NCBI GenBank assembly: GCA_964590905.1
Contig: CAZPYU010000040.1
Span: forward strand, 1 to 48,569
Direction of reading: 5' to 3'
Source: an uncultured Thermoanaerobaculia bacterium
GTDB taxonomy: Bacteria > Acidobacteriota > Thermoanaerobaculia > Multivoradales > JAGPDF01
Length of the DNA stretch: 48,569 nt
The notes below the pieces were generated by a model. The model was not told the origin of the DNA. It made no database searches and saw nothing but the letters and a program-made list of their open reading frames with translations. The number at the start of each line of letters is the position of its first letter. Within the stretch, counting starts at the first letter, position 1. Of this stretch, positions 13,181-22,823 are shown in pieces. The translations under genes were made by a program, and so were the position numbers.

Positions 13181-15571
13181 GTGTGGAGGCGTCTCGATCG
13201 CTACGTTGTCTCGGAGATCGCCGGCCCGCTCGCTCTCGGCTTTCTGGTCTACACGTTCATTCTACTGGTCAGCTTCTTCTTTCGCCTTGCCGACTTCATC
13301 ATCAAGCGGGGACTCGGCCTGCGGTCGGTGGGCGAGCTCCTCTTCGCCTACCTTCCGAGCATCGTCGTCCTGACATTGCCAATGTCGCTGCTCCTGGGAG
13401 TCTTGCTCGGAATCGGTCGGCTGGCGTCGGACAGCGAGCTCATCGCCCTGCGCGCTTCGGGCACGAGTCTCTACCGCATCCTGCGGCCAGTGATGCTGAT
13501 CTCGCTCCTGCTCGCCGCCTTCAACACCTACCTGATGCTCGAGCTCTTGCCGCGCGGTAACTTGGCGTTCGCGCGGCTGATGGCCGAGAACGCCACCAGA
13601 ACCCTCTCCTCGGCGATCGAACCGCGCATCTTCTATAACGAATTCCAAGGCAAGATTCTCTACGTCTCCGATAGCTCCCCCGTCGACCGCGAGTGGAAAG
13701 GAATCCTCCTTGCCGACTCGGTCACTACCTCTGATCGACCCTCCGACGTCATCGTCGCGGAACGCGGACGCTTGGAGCTCGCCGATGGCGGCGAGCGAGT
13801 TCTCCTGATTCTCGAAGACGCTGTCCAGCACACCTTCGACCTGGCGCGACCCGATCGCTACGAGACCCGCAAGTACGAGCGGATGCAGATGGTGCTGCGC
13901 GACCAGTTCGCCACCGAACAGCGGCAGCAGGCGCTGGGCATCAAGCACGTCCGCGCCATGACCTGGGAAGAGCTGCGCACTGCCGAACGCGATCCGACCA
14001 GCTCGGCGCAGCTGCGGTCCAGCGCCGCGGTCCAGCGCCAGAAGATGTTCTCGATCCCGGTAGCCTGTGTCGTTTTCGGTCTGCTCGGGCTCCCGCTCGC
14101 CTTCACCAATCGTCGCGGCGGCAAGTCTTCCGGCTTCGCACTCTCGATCGGCATCGTGATGGCGTATCACGTGCTGCTCAAGAACGGCGAAAAGGCAGCC
14201 GACGCGGGCGAGACGGCGCCGTGGCTGGCAATCTGGCTCCCCAACCTGGTGCTCGCGCTGCTCGGCGCCTTCCTGTTGGTGATGCGCGATCGCGACCGCA
14301 GCCTGCTGCCGCGAGCAGTGGAAAGCGGACGCGCTTGGAGCGCCTTGCAGTCGAGGTTCGCTAGGCTCGCCAAGGGTTGGCGGCGCCGCTTCGGGTGGCG
14401 CGCCGCCCGTTCGGCCCGCCCCGCCCCCGCTCTGCGGGCCGGTAGTGCTCGCTTTCTCCTGCGCCTCCCCCGTTTTCGCCTTCGCTTTCCGAACATCGTC
14501 GATCGCTATGTGCTGCGCCGGTACGCCTTCATCCTGATTCTGGTCTTCGTTTCTGGCATCTCGCTGCTGGTGATTACCGACCTGACCGAGATCTTCGACG
14601 AGCTGCTCACCCACCATCCTCCGACCGCCGTCGTCCTGCGCTACTACCAGTACCTCTCGCTGCAGCTTGCTTACGACATCGCTCCCATCGTGGTCTTGGT
14701 CACCACGCTGGTCACCTTCAGCCTGCTGTCGCGCACCAACGAGCTGATCGCCTGTCGTGCGCTAGGCATCAGCATCTACCGGCTGGCGCTACCCGCCTTC
14801 GTGGCGGCGATCCTGGTCGGCGGCTGCTTCGCCTTTTTCGAAGCCGAGATCCTGCCCGCCTCCAACCAGAAGGTCGCCGACGCCAGGGCGGTGATCAAGG
14901 GCGGCCAGCCGCTGCGACTCACACGCAGCGCCGATCGCCAGTGGCAGGTCGGCGGCGGGCGCTTCGTGTACAACTTCCTCCACTTCGACGATCGCCGTAC
15001 CGCCCTCCAGCGGCTTCAAGTCTTCGAGTTCGACGAGAAGTTCCGGCTCGTCAAGCGGCTGTTCGCCGAGGAAGCCCGCCACTCCGAGTCGGGCTGGTCG
15101 GTGAGCCAAGGCTGGACGCGGCGGTTCGCCGGACGCGAGCAGCTCTCCTACCGGCCGATCAAGGGCAAGGCCAGTATCGATCTGCCCGAGCTGCCGTCGT
15201 TCTTCACCGAAGAGGTACGCCGCCCGGCCCAGATGACCTACCTCGAGCTGGCGGCTTACGCTCGGGAGCTGCGCGAGGGCGGACGTCCGCAGCCGCAGTA
15301 CGAAGTCGCACTGCACAGCAAGATCGCTTTCCCGGTCGGCGCCGTCGTCATGGCGATGGTCGGCTTTCCGTTCGCGTTTCGGATCGAACGTCGCGGAGCG
15401 CTCTACGGCCTCGGCGTCTCGATCGCCCTCGGAGTGGCTTTCGTTCTGGTCTTCGCTTTCTTCAAGACCTTGGGCGAGGTCGGCGCGCTGCCGGCCGCAA
15501 TCGCGGTCTGGAGCCCGGGCGTCCTCTTCGCCCTCTTCGGGGGCTACCTGCTGCTCGGCGTTCGCACGTGA
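13181..15571 (+). CDS. lptF-lptG: Fused LptF-LptG LPS export permease
   Basis: Two tandem YjgP/YjgQ-like units in one 796-aa ORF: RRLDRYV...LASDSELIALRASG...RRGGKSSG, and IVDRYVLRR...SRTNELIACRALG...LPAAIAVWSP. Confidence 0.9.
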   Translation: MWRRLDRYVVSEIAGPLALGFLVYTFILLVSFFFRLADFIIKRGLGLRSVGELLFAYLPSIVVLTLPMSLLLGVLLGIGRLASDSELIALRASGTSLYRILRPVMLISLLLAAFNTYLMLELLPRGNLAFARLMAENATRTLSSAIEPRIFYNEFQGKILYVSDSSPVDREWKGILLADSVTTSDRPSDVIVAERGRLELADGGERVLLILEDAVQHTFDLARPDRYETRKYERMQMVLRDQFATEQRQQALGIKHVRAMTWEELRTAERDPTSSAQLRSSAAVQRQKMFSIPVACVVFGLLGLPLAFTNRRGGKSSGFALSIGIVMAYHVLLKNGEKAADAGETAPWLAIWLPNLVLALLGAFLLVMRDRDRSLLPRAVESGRAWSALQSRFARLAKGWRRRFGWRAARSARPAPALRAGSARFLLRLPRFRLRFPNIVDRYVLRRYAFILILVFVSGISLLVITDLTEIFDELLTHHPPTAVVLRYYQYLSLQLAYDIAPIVVLVTTLVTFSLLSRTNELIACRALGISIYRLALPAFVAAILVGGCFAFFEAEILPASNQKVADARAVIKGGQPLRLTRSADRQWQVGGGRFVYNFLHFDDRRTALQRLQVFEFDEKFRLVKRLFAEEARHSESGWSVSQGWTRRFAGREQLSYRPIKGKASIDLPELPSFFTEEVRRPAQMTYLELAAYARELREGGRPQPQYEVALHSKIAFPVGAVVMAMVGFPFAFRIERRGALYGLGVSIALGVAFVLVFAFFKTLGEVGALPAAIAVWSPGVLFALFGGYLLLGVRT

Positions 15572-15588
15572 TGGTCAGCGGATCGCGG

Positions 15589-16764
15589 TCAGACCGCAAC
15601 CGGAACCGCGGCCGGCGCCGCCACAGCGCGTCGCAACGCCTCGGCGCGATCGGTGCGCTCCCAACTGAAGCCCGGCTCCTCGCGACCGAAGTGGCCGTAG
15701 GACGCTGTCTGCAAATAGATCGGCCGCCGCAGGTCCAAGTACTCGATGATCGCCGAGGGCGTCAAGGGGAACTGATCGCGCACCAGCCGCTCGAGCCGCC
15801 CCTCTTCGACCAATCCGGTTCCGAAGGTGTCGACCCGGACGGAGACCGGCTCGGCGACTCCGATCGCATAGGCGAGCTGAACTTCGACGCGCTCGGCGAG
15901 ACCCGCGGCGACCAGGCTCTTGGCGATTGCCCGCGCCATGTACGACGCCGAGCGATCGACCTTGGTCGGATCCTTTCCGGAGAAGGCGCCGCCTCCGTGT
16001 CTCCCGTAGCCGCCGTAGGTGTCGACGATGATCTTGCGTCCGGTCAGTCCGCAGTCGCCGTGCGGTCCGCCGATGACGAAGCGCCCGGTGGGGTTGACGT
16101 GGAAGATCGTCTCCGCGTCGAGCAGGGACGACGGCACGACCTCGCGTACGACCGCCTCGAGCACGCCGCTCCGAATCTGCGCCTGATCGATGTCGGGATG
16201 ATGCTGGGTCGAAACCACGACGGTGTGGACGCGATGCGGCCTGCCGTTCCGGTACTCGACAGTCACTTGCGACTTGCCGTCCGGCCGCAACCAGGCGATC
16301 TCTCCACCCTTGCGAGCCGTCGCGAGCCGGCGCGTCAGGCCGTGCGCCAAGGTGATCGGAAGCGGCATGAGCTGCGCCGTCTCCCGGCAGGCGAAGCCGA
16401 ACATCAGCCCCTGATCGCCGGCGCCCTCGCGGTCGACGCCGAGCGCGATGTCGGGCGACTGCTTCCCCATCGTGTTGATGACCGCACAGCTTTCGCCGTC
16501 GAATCCTAGGCCGCTCTCGGTGTAGCCGATCGCCCGCACGGTGTCGCGGGCGACGCGGATGAAGTCGACGCTGGCCGAGGTCGTCATCTCACCGGCGAGT
16601 ATCACCAGACCGGTAGCGACCAGCGTTTCGCAGGCCACGCGGCCGGTCGGATCCTGGCGCAGAACCTCGTCGAGGACAGCGTCCGAAATCTGATCGCAGA
16701 TCTTGTCGGGGTGTCCCTCGGTCACGGACTCCGAGGTGAACAGCTCGGATTCACGGCTGGTCAT
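15589..16764 (-). CDS. metK: S-adenosylmethionine synthetase
   Basis: [72 protein letters not shown]; SD GAGGTG. Confidence 0.98.
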   Translation of the reverse strand: MTSRESELFTSESVTEGHPDKICDQISDAVLDEVLRQDPTGRVACETLVATGLVILAGEMTTSASVDFIRVARDTVRAIGYTESGLGFDGESCAVINTMGKQSPDIALGVDREGAGDQGLMFGFACRETAQLMPLPITLAHGLTRRLATARKGGEIAWLRPDGKSQVTVEYRNGRPHRVHTVVVSTQHHPDIDQAQIRSGVLEAVVREVVPSSLLDAETIFHVNPTGRFVIGGPHGDCGLTGRKIIVDTYGGYGRHGGGAFSGKDPTKVDRSASYMARAIAKSLVAAGLAERVEVQLAYAIGVAEPVSVRVDTFGTGLVEEGRLERLVRDQFPLTPSAIIEYLDLRRPIYLQTASYGHFGREEPGFSWERTDRAEALRRAVAAPAAVPVAV

Positions 16765-16849
16765 GAGCTAACACCTCGCTCGAGAGATGGGCTGAGTGGA
16801 AGCGGCCAACGGCGCCTTCATCCTAGCAGAGCGGCGAGGTCGCGAGCGC

Positions 16850-17446
16850 TCAGCGACGCGTGCCGTGGCGACTCTCCAGGACTCCGAAGAAGAGGGTGGA
16901 GAGGGCATTCAACGTTGCGAGAGCGACCGCCGAGCGGCGGGTCTCGAGGCCGCAGGTCAGCGCGGCGATCATGCCGCCGGCGCGCCGCGTGCCGGGTAGC
17001 GCCGTCGCCAGCTCGGCGGAAGATACGCCTTCGACCAGCCGACGCGGGATCTCGAGGGATCCGCTGGCCCCGCAGGCCTCGCCCGGCGGACCGAGGATCA
17101 CGCACCAGCTACGCAGGAAGAAGTGGCCTCCACTCTCGTCATCGCTGGCCTGAACGCAAGCCTCGATACCGAGGTAGAACTGATACGACTCTCCGAGCCG
17201 GTCGGCGAGCGCACGAACGGAGCGGCGCGCCGAGGTCAGCGCGCCGGCGTCCGACTCCGCGATGCCACGCATCCGGCGCTCCTCCTCCTGCGGTACGACG
17301 GCGACCGGAACGGGGCGGTCGAGGCCGTCGTGGAAGTAGCGGCGAAAGGCGTCGCGCACACCGAGCAGCTCTTCGGGAGCCGAGCCGACGACGCCGACTT
17401 CGATTCCGCGCTGGTATCCTCCGAGAAAGTCGCTGAGCTGTCGCAC
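16850..17446 (-). CDS. YjjX/DUF84-like (inosine/xanthosine triphosphatase fold) protein, divergent
   Basis: Pattern V-G-V-V-G-S...AF...F, FYLGIEA, SWCVI, GASGSLEIP, GGMIAALTCG..TRRS resembles YjjX by recall; several conserved N-terminal residues appear to be missing. Confidence 0.6.
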   Translation of the reverse strand: MRQLSDFLGGYQRGIEVGVVGSAPEELLGVRDAFRRYFHDGLDRPVPVAVVPQEEERRMRGIAESDAGALTSARRSVRALADRLGESYQFYLGIEACVQASDDESGGHFFLRSWCVILGPPGEACGASGSLEIPRRLVEGVSSAELATALPGTRRAGGMIAALTCGLETRRSAVALATLNALSTLFFGVLESRHGTRR

Positions 17447-17447
17447 A

Positions 17448-18215
17448 ATGATCGAAAGCCGTCAGAACGAGACGCTCAAGGCTATCCGCCGGCTGCGTCG
17501 CAGGCAAGCCGACGAGGCCGTCCTGGAAGGGCCGCATCTGCTCGCCGCGGCGCTCGCGGCGAGGGTCGAGCTCGACATCGTGCTCGCGACTCCCGAGTTT
17601 GCGGCGAGCGCGGCGGGCCGCGAGCTCGTCGCTCGCCTGGCGCGCCCACCTCGGCTCGCCTCGCCCGCCGCCCTCGACGACCTGTTCGACTCCGACTCGC
17701 CACGGGGTGTCCTCGCGGTGGCTCGACTGCATCGCCGCGGCGCGGAGACGCTGCCGCTGGACTCGAACGGTACCTACCTCTACCTCGACGGCGTCCAGGA
17801 TCCCGGCAACCTGGGCGCCATCGTCCGTGTCGCGCAGGCCTTCGGAGTAGCGGCGGTGGCGCTTGCCCCAGGTTGCGCGCATCCGAATCATCCGCGCGCT
17901 CTGCGCGCCTCGGCGGGCAGTCTGCTCAGCCTCCCGGTCGCGCTGCAGGTCGTCCCGGAGGCACTGGATCGTCACCTCCAACCGCTTGCTCCGTCGTGGG
18001 TTGCGCTCGAGGCGCACGGCGGCGAGCCATTTCCCATCCCGCGCCCGGCCGGCTGCCTGGTGATCGCCTGCGGTGCCGAGGGGAGAGGCATCTCCGCCGC
18101 GCTCGCGACACGCGTCCAGCGACCCTGGACGATTCCGCTCGCCTCCGGGGTCGAGTCGCTCAACGTTGCCGTCGCCGTCGGCGTCGTGCTCTTCGCGCTG
18201 CGCGGCTCGGCTTGA
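17448..18215 (+). CDS. TrmH/SpoU family RNA 2'-O-methyltransferase
   Basis: MIESRQN, VLEGPHL, LDGVQDPGNLGAIVR, RASAGS, GAEGRG, IPLASGVESLNVAVA. Confidence 0.93.
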   Translation: MIESRQNETLKAIRRLRRRQADEAVLEGPHLLAAALAARVELDIVLATPEFAASAAGRELVARLARPPRLASPAALDDLFDSDSPRGVLAVARLHRRGAETLPLDSNGTYLYLDGVQDPGNLGAIVRVAQAFGVAAVALAPGCAHPNHPRALRASAGSLLSLPVALQVVPEALDRHLQPLAPSWVALEAHGGEPFPIPRPAGCLVIACGAEGRGISAALATRVQRPWTIPLASGVESLNVAVAVGVVLFALRGSA

Positions 18216-18240
18216 TCGACCGCTGGACGCTCCGTAACAT
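18212..18240 (+). promoter_or_regulatory. Sigma70-type promoter for the sulfatase-like gene
   Basis: TTGATC - 17 bp - TAACAT, 9 nt before ATG 18250. Confidence 0.55.
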
Positions 18241-18249
18241 GCGACGGCG

Positions 18250-19725
18250 ATGAGCGACTTCCCGCCCGCCATGCGAAGAGCGAGGCGTCAGGTTTGCGCG
18301 GCGTGGGCGGCTCTCGCGGGCGCGCTGACGCTCGTCGCCTGTGCGCGCCCGCCGGTTGCGCGTCCCAACGTGCTGCTCCTCACGATCGACACCTTGAGGG
18401 CCGATCACCTCTCGGCGTGGGGCTACGTCCGGCAGACCTCGCCGGTTCTCGACCAGCTGGCGGCAGAGGGTGTCCGCTTCGATAGAGCGCAGGCGCAGTG
18501 GCCCAAAACGGGGCCGTCGTTCGCCTCTCTCCACACCGCGACCTATCCAAAGGACAACGAGATCGTGCGCGAGATCGGCAAGCCGATTCCGTGCGGCTAC
18601 CGGATGCTGGCCGAGGAGCTACGTGAGCTCGGCTACCAGACGCGGGCCGTGGTAGCCAACGGAGCTGTCGGGCGCGAGTTCTTCTTCGACCAGGGCTTCG
18701 AGGAGTACGTCGAAGCCTGGAAGGGAGCCGAGGGCGAGGAGGCGATCGAGATCGCCACTCGCGCCGACCATGTCACCGATCTGGCGCTCGACGTCCTCGA
18801 GCGCCTTCGCCCCGGCTTGCCTTACTTCCTCTGGGTCCACTATCTCGATCCCCACTTTCCCTATCGACCACCAGGCGAGTCGGCGAACCGTTTCCAGAAT
18901 GACGAGCTCCATCTTCCCGAGCCTAAGATCGAGCTCGACTACTCCAAGCCTCGGCGCGTCACCGGCGCCATCGGCAAGCAGCAGATCCTCGAGGATCGAA
19001 GCGATCTCGGCTTCTACGTCGCCCGCTACGACGCCGAGATCCGCTTCAACGATCAGGAGATCGGCCGGCTGCTAGATACTCTCCGAGCGCGCGGCGACTA
19101 CGACCGGATGTTGACAGTCTTCACCTCCGATCACGGCGAATCGCTGGGCGATCACGACTACTACTTCGACCACGGCATGCTGCCGTTTCAGACCTGCTTG
19201 CGGGTTCCGCTCGCGGTGCGCTTTCCGGGGACTTTTGCGCCGCACACCGATCCCGACCCGGTCGAGCTGCTCCACTTGGCGCCCACGATCCTCGAGCTGG
19301 CCGGGCGCCAGCTTCCCGAAGGCGCCTGGGCTCAGGGGCGTTCGCTGGTGCGACGGCTCGAAGGCCGCGAGAGCGGCAAGGGAGGAGTGGTTTTCTCCGA
19401 GGCGGGCTACGGCACCGATCGAAAGTGGATGAAGGTCGTCACCGACGGTCGTTTCAAGCTCGTTTGGGCGACTCTGGCTCAGGATCAGCGACGCCTCGCA
19501 GGCGCGGGAGTGGACCGTGTGCTCTACGACCTCGCCACCGACCCGAGGGAGACACGGAACGTTTCAGCGCAGCATCCCGAGGAGTTCGAGAGGCTCTCCA
19601 GGATGCTCTGGGCGTGGTGGAACGTCCCGACGTTCCCCGTCGCGACCGAAGCCGAGAGTTGCGCCGAGCCGCGCGAGACCTCTCCGGAGACGATCGAACA
19701 GCTCAAGGCGCTGGGCTATCTCTGA
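18250..19725 (+). CDS. Sulfatase-like (alkaline phosphatase superfamily) lipoprotein with Thr at the nucleophile position
   Basis: Lipobox-like LVAC, RPNVLLLTIDTLRADHL, WPKTGPSFASLHTATYP, HYLDPHFPY, YDAEI, TSDHGESLGDH, C-terminal QLKALGYL. Confidence 0.85.
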   Translation: MSDFPPAMRRARRQVCAAWAALAGALTLVACARPPVARPNVLLLTIDTLRADHLSAWGYVRQTSPVLDQLAAEGVRFDRAQAQWPKTGPSFASLHTATYPKDNEIVREIGKPIPCGYRMLAEELRELGYQTRAVVANGAVGREFFFDQGFEEYVEAWKGAEGEEAIEIATRADHVTDLALDVLERLRPGLPYFLWVHYLDPHFPYRPPGESANRFQNDELHLPEPKIELDYSKPRRVTGAIGKQQILEDRSDLGFYVARYDAEIRFNDQEIGRLLDTLRARGDYDRMLTVFTSDHGESLGDHDYYFDHGMLPFQTCLRVPLAVRFPGTFAPHTDPDPVELLHLAPTILELAGRQLPEGAWAQGRSLVRRLEGRESGKGGVVFSEAGYGTDRKWMKVVTDGRFKLVWATLAQDQRRLAGAGVDRVLYDLATDPRETRNVSAQHPEEFERLSRMLWAWWNVPTFPVATEAESCAEPRETSPETIEQLKALGYL

Positions 19726-19746
19726 CGACAGCTCGGCCGCGCGAGG

Positions 19747-20730
19747 TCAGGCCGGCGTCTCACGCAAGATCCGGACAAGGGCCGGGACGACCTCGTGCAG
19801 GTCGCCGACGATGCCGTAGCGCGCGATCTTGAAGATCGGGGCGCTGGCGTCCTTGTTGACCGCCACGATGCAGGTCGAGCCCTTCATCCCAACCAGATGT
19901 TGGATCGCGCCGGAGATCCCGAGCGCCAGGTAGAGCCGAGGCGCCACGGTCTGGCCAGACGAGCCGATCTGTCGGTCGCGCGGCAACCACCCTGAATCGA
20001 TCACCGGGCGGCTGGCGCCGATCTCGGCGTGCAGGAGCGCGGCTAGCTCGTGGATCGCCGTGAGCTTGTCGGCGCCGCCGACGCCGCGGCCGACGGCCAG
20101 GATGATCTCAGCCTTGGTGAGATCCACACTGTCGCCTCCCGCCAGCTCCACGCCGAGGATCTCGCGACCCAGCGCCACGCCGGCCAGCTCGACGGCGAGC
20201 GGCCGGATCGGCGAAGTACCGCTCTTCCTCCCCTCTGCCGGAAAAGCGCCCGACTGAAGCGTCACCATCGTCGGCCCGGGACCGCGTACGCGCACGCGCG
20301 CCTGGATCTTCCCCTCGAAGATCGGCCGCCTCCAGATCAGCTCGCTCCCCTCCTCCTCGAATCCGATCGCTTCCGGCAGGTGCGCCGCGTCGGTCGCCTG
20401 GGCGAGGCGCGGCACGTACTCGCACGACTGGTAGGTGTGAGGGAAGAGCACGAAGTCCGGTTGCTCGGCGAGGACCGCCGGAGCGAGCGCCGCCACGTAG
20501 CCTCCCGGAGTGTAGTTGGCCAGCGGCACGGCTTCGAGAACATGGACAGCGGCCAAGTCATTTTGAGCAAGCTCGGCCGCCAGCCCGCTGACCCCGTGAC
20601 CGAGCAGGACGACCTCGGCCCGTCCGCCGCGACTCTCGGCCAGCGATTGCGCCGCGGCGACAGTCTCCCAACTCGAGCGATGCAAACGACCGTCGCGATG
20701 CTGAACGACCGCCCAGATCCGCGTGCTCAC
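19747..20730 (-). CDS. etfA: Electron transfer flavoprotein alpha subunit
   Basis: [58 protein letters not shown]. Confidence 0.96.
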   Translation of the reverse strand: MSTRIWAVVQHRDGRLHRSSWETVAAAQSLAESRGGRAEVVLLGHGVSGLAAELAQNDLAAVHVLEAVPLANYTPGGYVAALAPAVLAEQPDFVLFPHTYQSCEYVPRLAQATDAAHLPEAIGFEEEGSELIWRRPIFEGKIQARVRVRGPGPTMVTLQSGAFPAEGRKSGTSPIRPLAVELAGVALGREILGVELAGGDSVDLTKAEIILAVGRGVGGADKLTAIHELAALLHAEIGASRPVIDSGWLPRDRQIGSSGQTVAPRLYLALGISGAIQHLVGMKGSTCIVAVNKDASAPIFKIARYGIVGDLHEVVPALVRILRETPA

Positions 20731-21524
20731 CCGAGCACCCGCGCTTCCCGGCGCAGGCGGTCGATCAGCGCCGCCGCTGCGGCCGCGGCATCGCCGTCGA
20801 GAATCTGAGCCGCTGTGCTCGACTCCGGGAAGCCGACCGAGAGCGTCTCGAGACGCGACCCGGCGACGCCGAGGAGCTCCGGAGCGACGCCGAGATCGGC
20901 CGGCGTCGGCTCTTCGATCGGCTTCTTCTTGGCGGCCATGATCCCCTTGAGCGAGGCGTAGCGCGGGTGGTTGATTCCGGCTTGCACCTCGACCACGGCC
21001 GGCAGCACCAGCCGCACGATCTCGTTGGTGCCGCTCTCCATCTCGCGTGTGATCGTGAGTGCGCGCCCATTCTGCTCGAGCGCGATGCCCATCACTAGCC
21101 AGGCATGAGGCCAGCCGAGGTAACCCGCGATCACCGTGCCAGTGGCGCCGAAGCCGAAGTCGCCCGATTGCGAGCCGGTCAGCACGAGATCGAACGGCGT
21201 GCGGCTGATCGCCGCGGCGAGCGCCCGGCCGGTGGCGAGAGCGTCGCCGCCCTGAAACGCCGGGTGCGAAAGGTGCACGGCGCTCGCGGCGCCTAGAGCC
21301 AGCGCCTTACGCAGCGCCTCGCGCGCCCGCTCCGGCCCGAGCGAGAAGCAGACCAGCTCGCCTCCTCCCTTCTCGATCAGCCGCAGGCCCTCTTCGAGCG
21401 CGTATTCGTCGCTCTCGTTGATGACGAAGGGGAGATCCTCCTCGTCGATCCAGCGCCCGTCCTTACTGATGCGCAGCCGCGCCTCGGTATCGGGGACCTG
21501 TTTGATGCAGACCGCGATCCTCAT
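20727..21524 (-). CDS. etfB: Electron transfer flavoprotein beta subunit
   Basis: AVCIKQVPDT, INESDEYALEEG, RKALALGA, GINHPRYASLKGIMAAKKKP; SD GAGGAG. Confidence 0.96.
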   Translation of the reverse strand: MRIAVCIKQVPDTEARLRISKDGRWIDEEDLPFVINESDEYALEEGLRLIEKGGGELVCFSLGPERAREALRKALALGAASAVHLSHPAFQGGDALATGRALAAAISRTPFDLVLTGSQSGDFGFGATGTVIAGYLGWPHAWLVMGIALEQNGRALTITREMESGTNEIVRLVLPAVVEVQAGINHPRYASLKGIMAAKKKPIEEPTPADLGVAPELLGVAGSRLETLSVGFPESSTAAQILDGDAAAAAAALIDRLRREARVLG

Positions 21525-21554
21525 CTGGCGCTCTCCTCCTCGACCCGCGACGGA

Positions 21555-21584
21555 ACGTTAGGACGCCCTCGACTCACGAGTCAA
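21555..21584 (-). promoter_or_regulatory. Sigma70-type promoter for etfBA overlapping a dyad (candidate operator)
   Basis: Minus strand TTGACT - 18 bp - TAACGT; dyad TCGACTC-AC-GAGTCAA at 21569-21584 covers the -35. Confidence 0.55.
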
Positions 21585-21663
21585 CGCAGGCGCCGCGCCC
21601 GGCATGGACACTCGTCGGAAGCGCATGCTACGGTTCGGCGGACTCGGAGGATCCTCTGAACTC

Positions 21664-22404
21664 ATGCCCGACGCGATCCCGTACCCTTTCGTCCTTGCCC
21701 AGCTCGCGCCGGAATCCCAGGATCTCCTCACCTCCTTCTCCCAGTCGGGACCGATGGGCACCGCGGTGCTCCTCGTGCTGGTCGGCTTCTCGGTGATCTC
21801 CTGGGCGATCCTGATCTGGAAGTTCCTTCATCTCAGGAGGGCGCGGCGACAGAGTCGGAAGTTTCTCGAGACCTTTCGCAACAGCAAGCGGTTCAGCGAG
21901 GTGAGCGCCACGGCGGGGCGGATGTCGGTCTCGCCGCTGGTGGGCGTCTTCCAGGCCGGCTATGCCGAGATCGACGGCCAGATCCGCAGCCAGGGGGAAG
22001 AGGCGGCGGCCACCGGTCGCTATCGGATCCGGTCATTGACCGGAGTCGAGCGCTCGCTGCGCCGCGCCATCGCGGCCGAGACCCACCTCTTGACGCGCGG
22101 CGCGGCGTTTCTCGCCACGACTGCCGCCGCAGCACCCTTTCTCGGTCTCTTCGGAACGGTCTGGGGAATCATGCGCGCCTTCGCCGACATCGGCCGCACC
22201 GGCTCGACCTCCCTGGTTGCCGTCGCACCTGGAATCGCCGAAGCTCTGGTTAACACGGCGGCCGGTTTGGCCGCGGCGATTCCCGCGCTGATTGGATACA
22301 ACTACCTCGGCGGCGAGCTCAAGCGGCAGCGCTCGCAGATGGAAGACTTCGCCCTCGAATTCCTGAACTTGGCCGAACGGAACTTCACCGGATGGCCTTC
22401 CTAG
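21664..22404 (+). CDS. tolQ: TolQ (MotA/TolQ/ExbB proton channel)
   Basis: LATTAAAAPFLGLFGTVWGIM, VAPGIAEALVNTAAGLAAAIPA. Start placed at ATG 21664 (GGAGG at 21646; TGGACA-18-TACGGT upstream) instead of 21604. Confidence 0.93.
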   Translation: MPDAIPYPFVLAQLAPESQDLLTSFSQSGPMGTAVLLVLVGFSVISWAILIWKFLHLRRARRQSRKFLETFRNSKRFSEVSATAGRMSVSPLVGVFQAGYAEIDGQIRSQGEEAAATGRYRIRSLTGVERSLRRAIAAETHLLTRGAAFLATTAAAAPFLGLFGTVWGIMRAFADIGRTGSTSLVAVAPGIAEALVNTAAGLAAAIPALIGYNYLGGELKRQRSQMEDFALEFLNLAERNFTGWPS

Positions 22405-22823
22405 CCGGTTCGGCGGCAGAGGACGACGAGGTCCTCTCCGACATCAACATCACGCCGCTGGTCGACGTCATGCTCGTGCTGCTGATCATCTTCATGATCA
22501 CGGCGCCGATGCTCCACCAGGGAATCGAGGTAGCTCTCCCCAAGTCCGAGGCGCCCAACCTCGAGTCGCGTGCCAGCGATCCGATCGTACTGTCGATCAC
22601 CCGCGACGGCCTGATCTACTACAAGGAGCGGCCGGTCCATCCCAGCAAGTTGGTCGAGGTTCTGACGCCGTTGGTGCGCGGGCGGGCCGAGGAGATGGTC
22701 TTCCTGAAGGGCGATCGCGACGTGCCGTACGGCCGCGTCATCGAGGTGCTCGACACCCTTCATCGCGGCGGCATCGCGCGCGTGGGCATGGTGACCGACA
22801 AGCCACAGGAGCGCGGGCGGTAG
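22392..22823 (+). CDS. tolR: TolR/ExbD
   Basis: DINITPLVDVMLVLLIIFMITAP, GIEVALP, VFLKGDRDVPYG. Confidence 0.93.
   Translation: MAFLAGSAAEDDEVLSDINITPLVDVMLVLLIIFMITAPMLHQGIEVALPKSEAPNLESRASDPIVLSITRDGLIYYKERPVHPSKLVEVLTPLVRGRAEEMVFLKGDRDVPYGRVIEVLDTLHRGGIARVGMVTDKPQERGR

Noticed and set aside
16765-16849. SAM riboswitch upstream of metK
   Set aside because: The region is short, has an extended -10 (TG-C-TAGGAT) about 55 nt from the start, and does not match SAM-I, II, III or SAM-SAH consensus by eye. A 7-bp anti-SD (ACCTCGC) lies upstream of the predicted TSS.
20066-20082. TGTCGGCG-C-CGCCGACG in etfA, resembling the parA-upstream palindrome
   Set aside because: It has an extra central base and encodes the GVGGADK segment of EtfA, so coding explains it.
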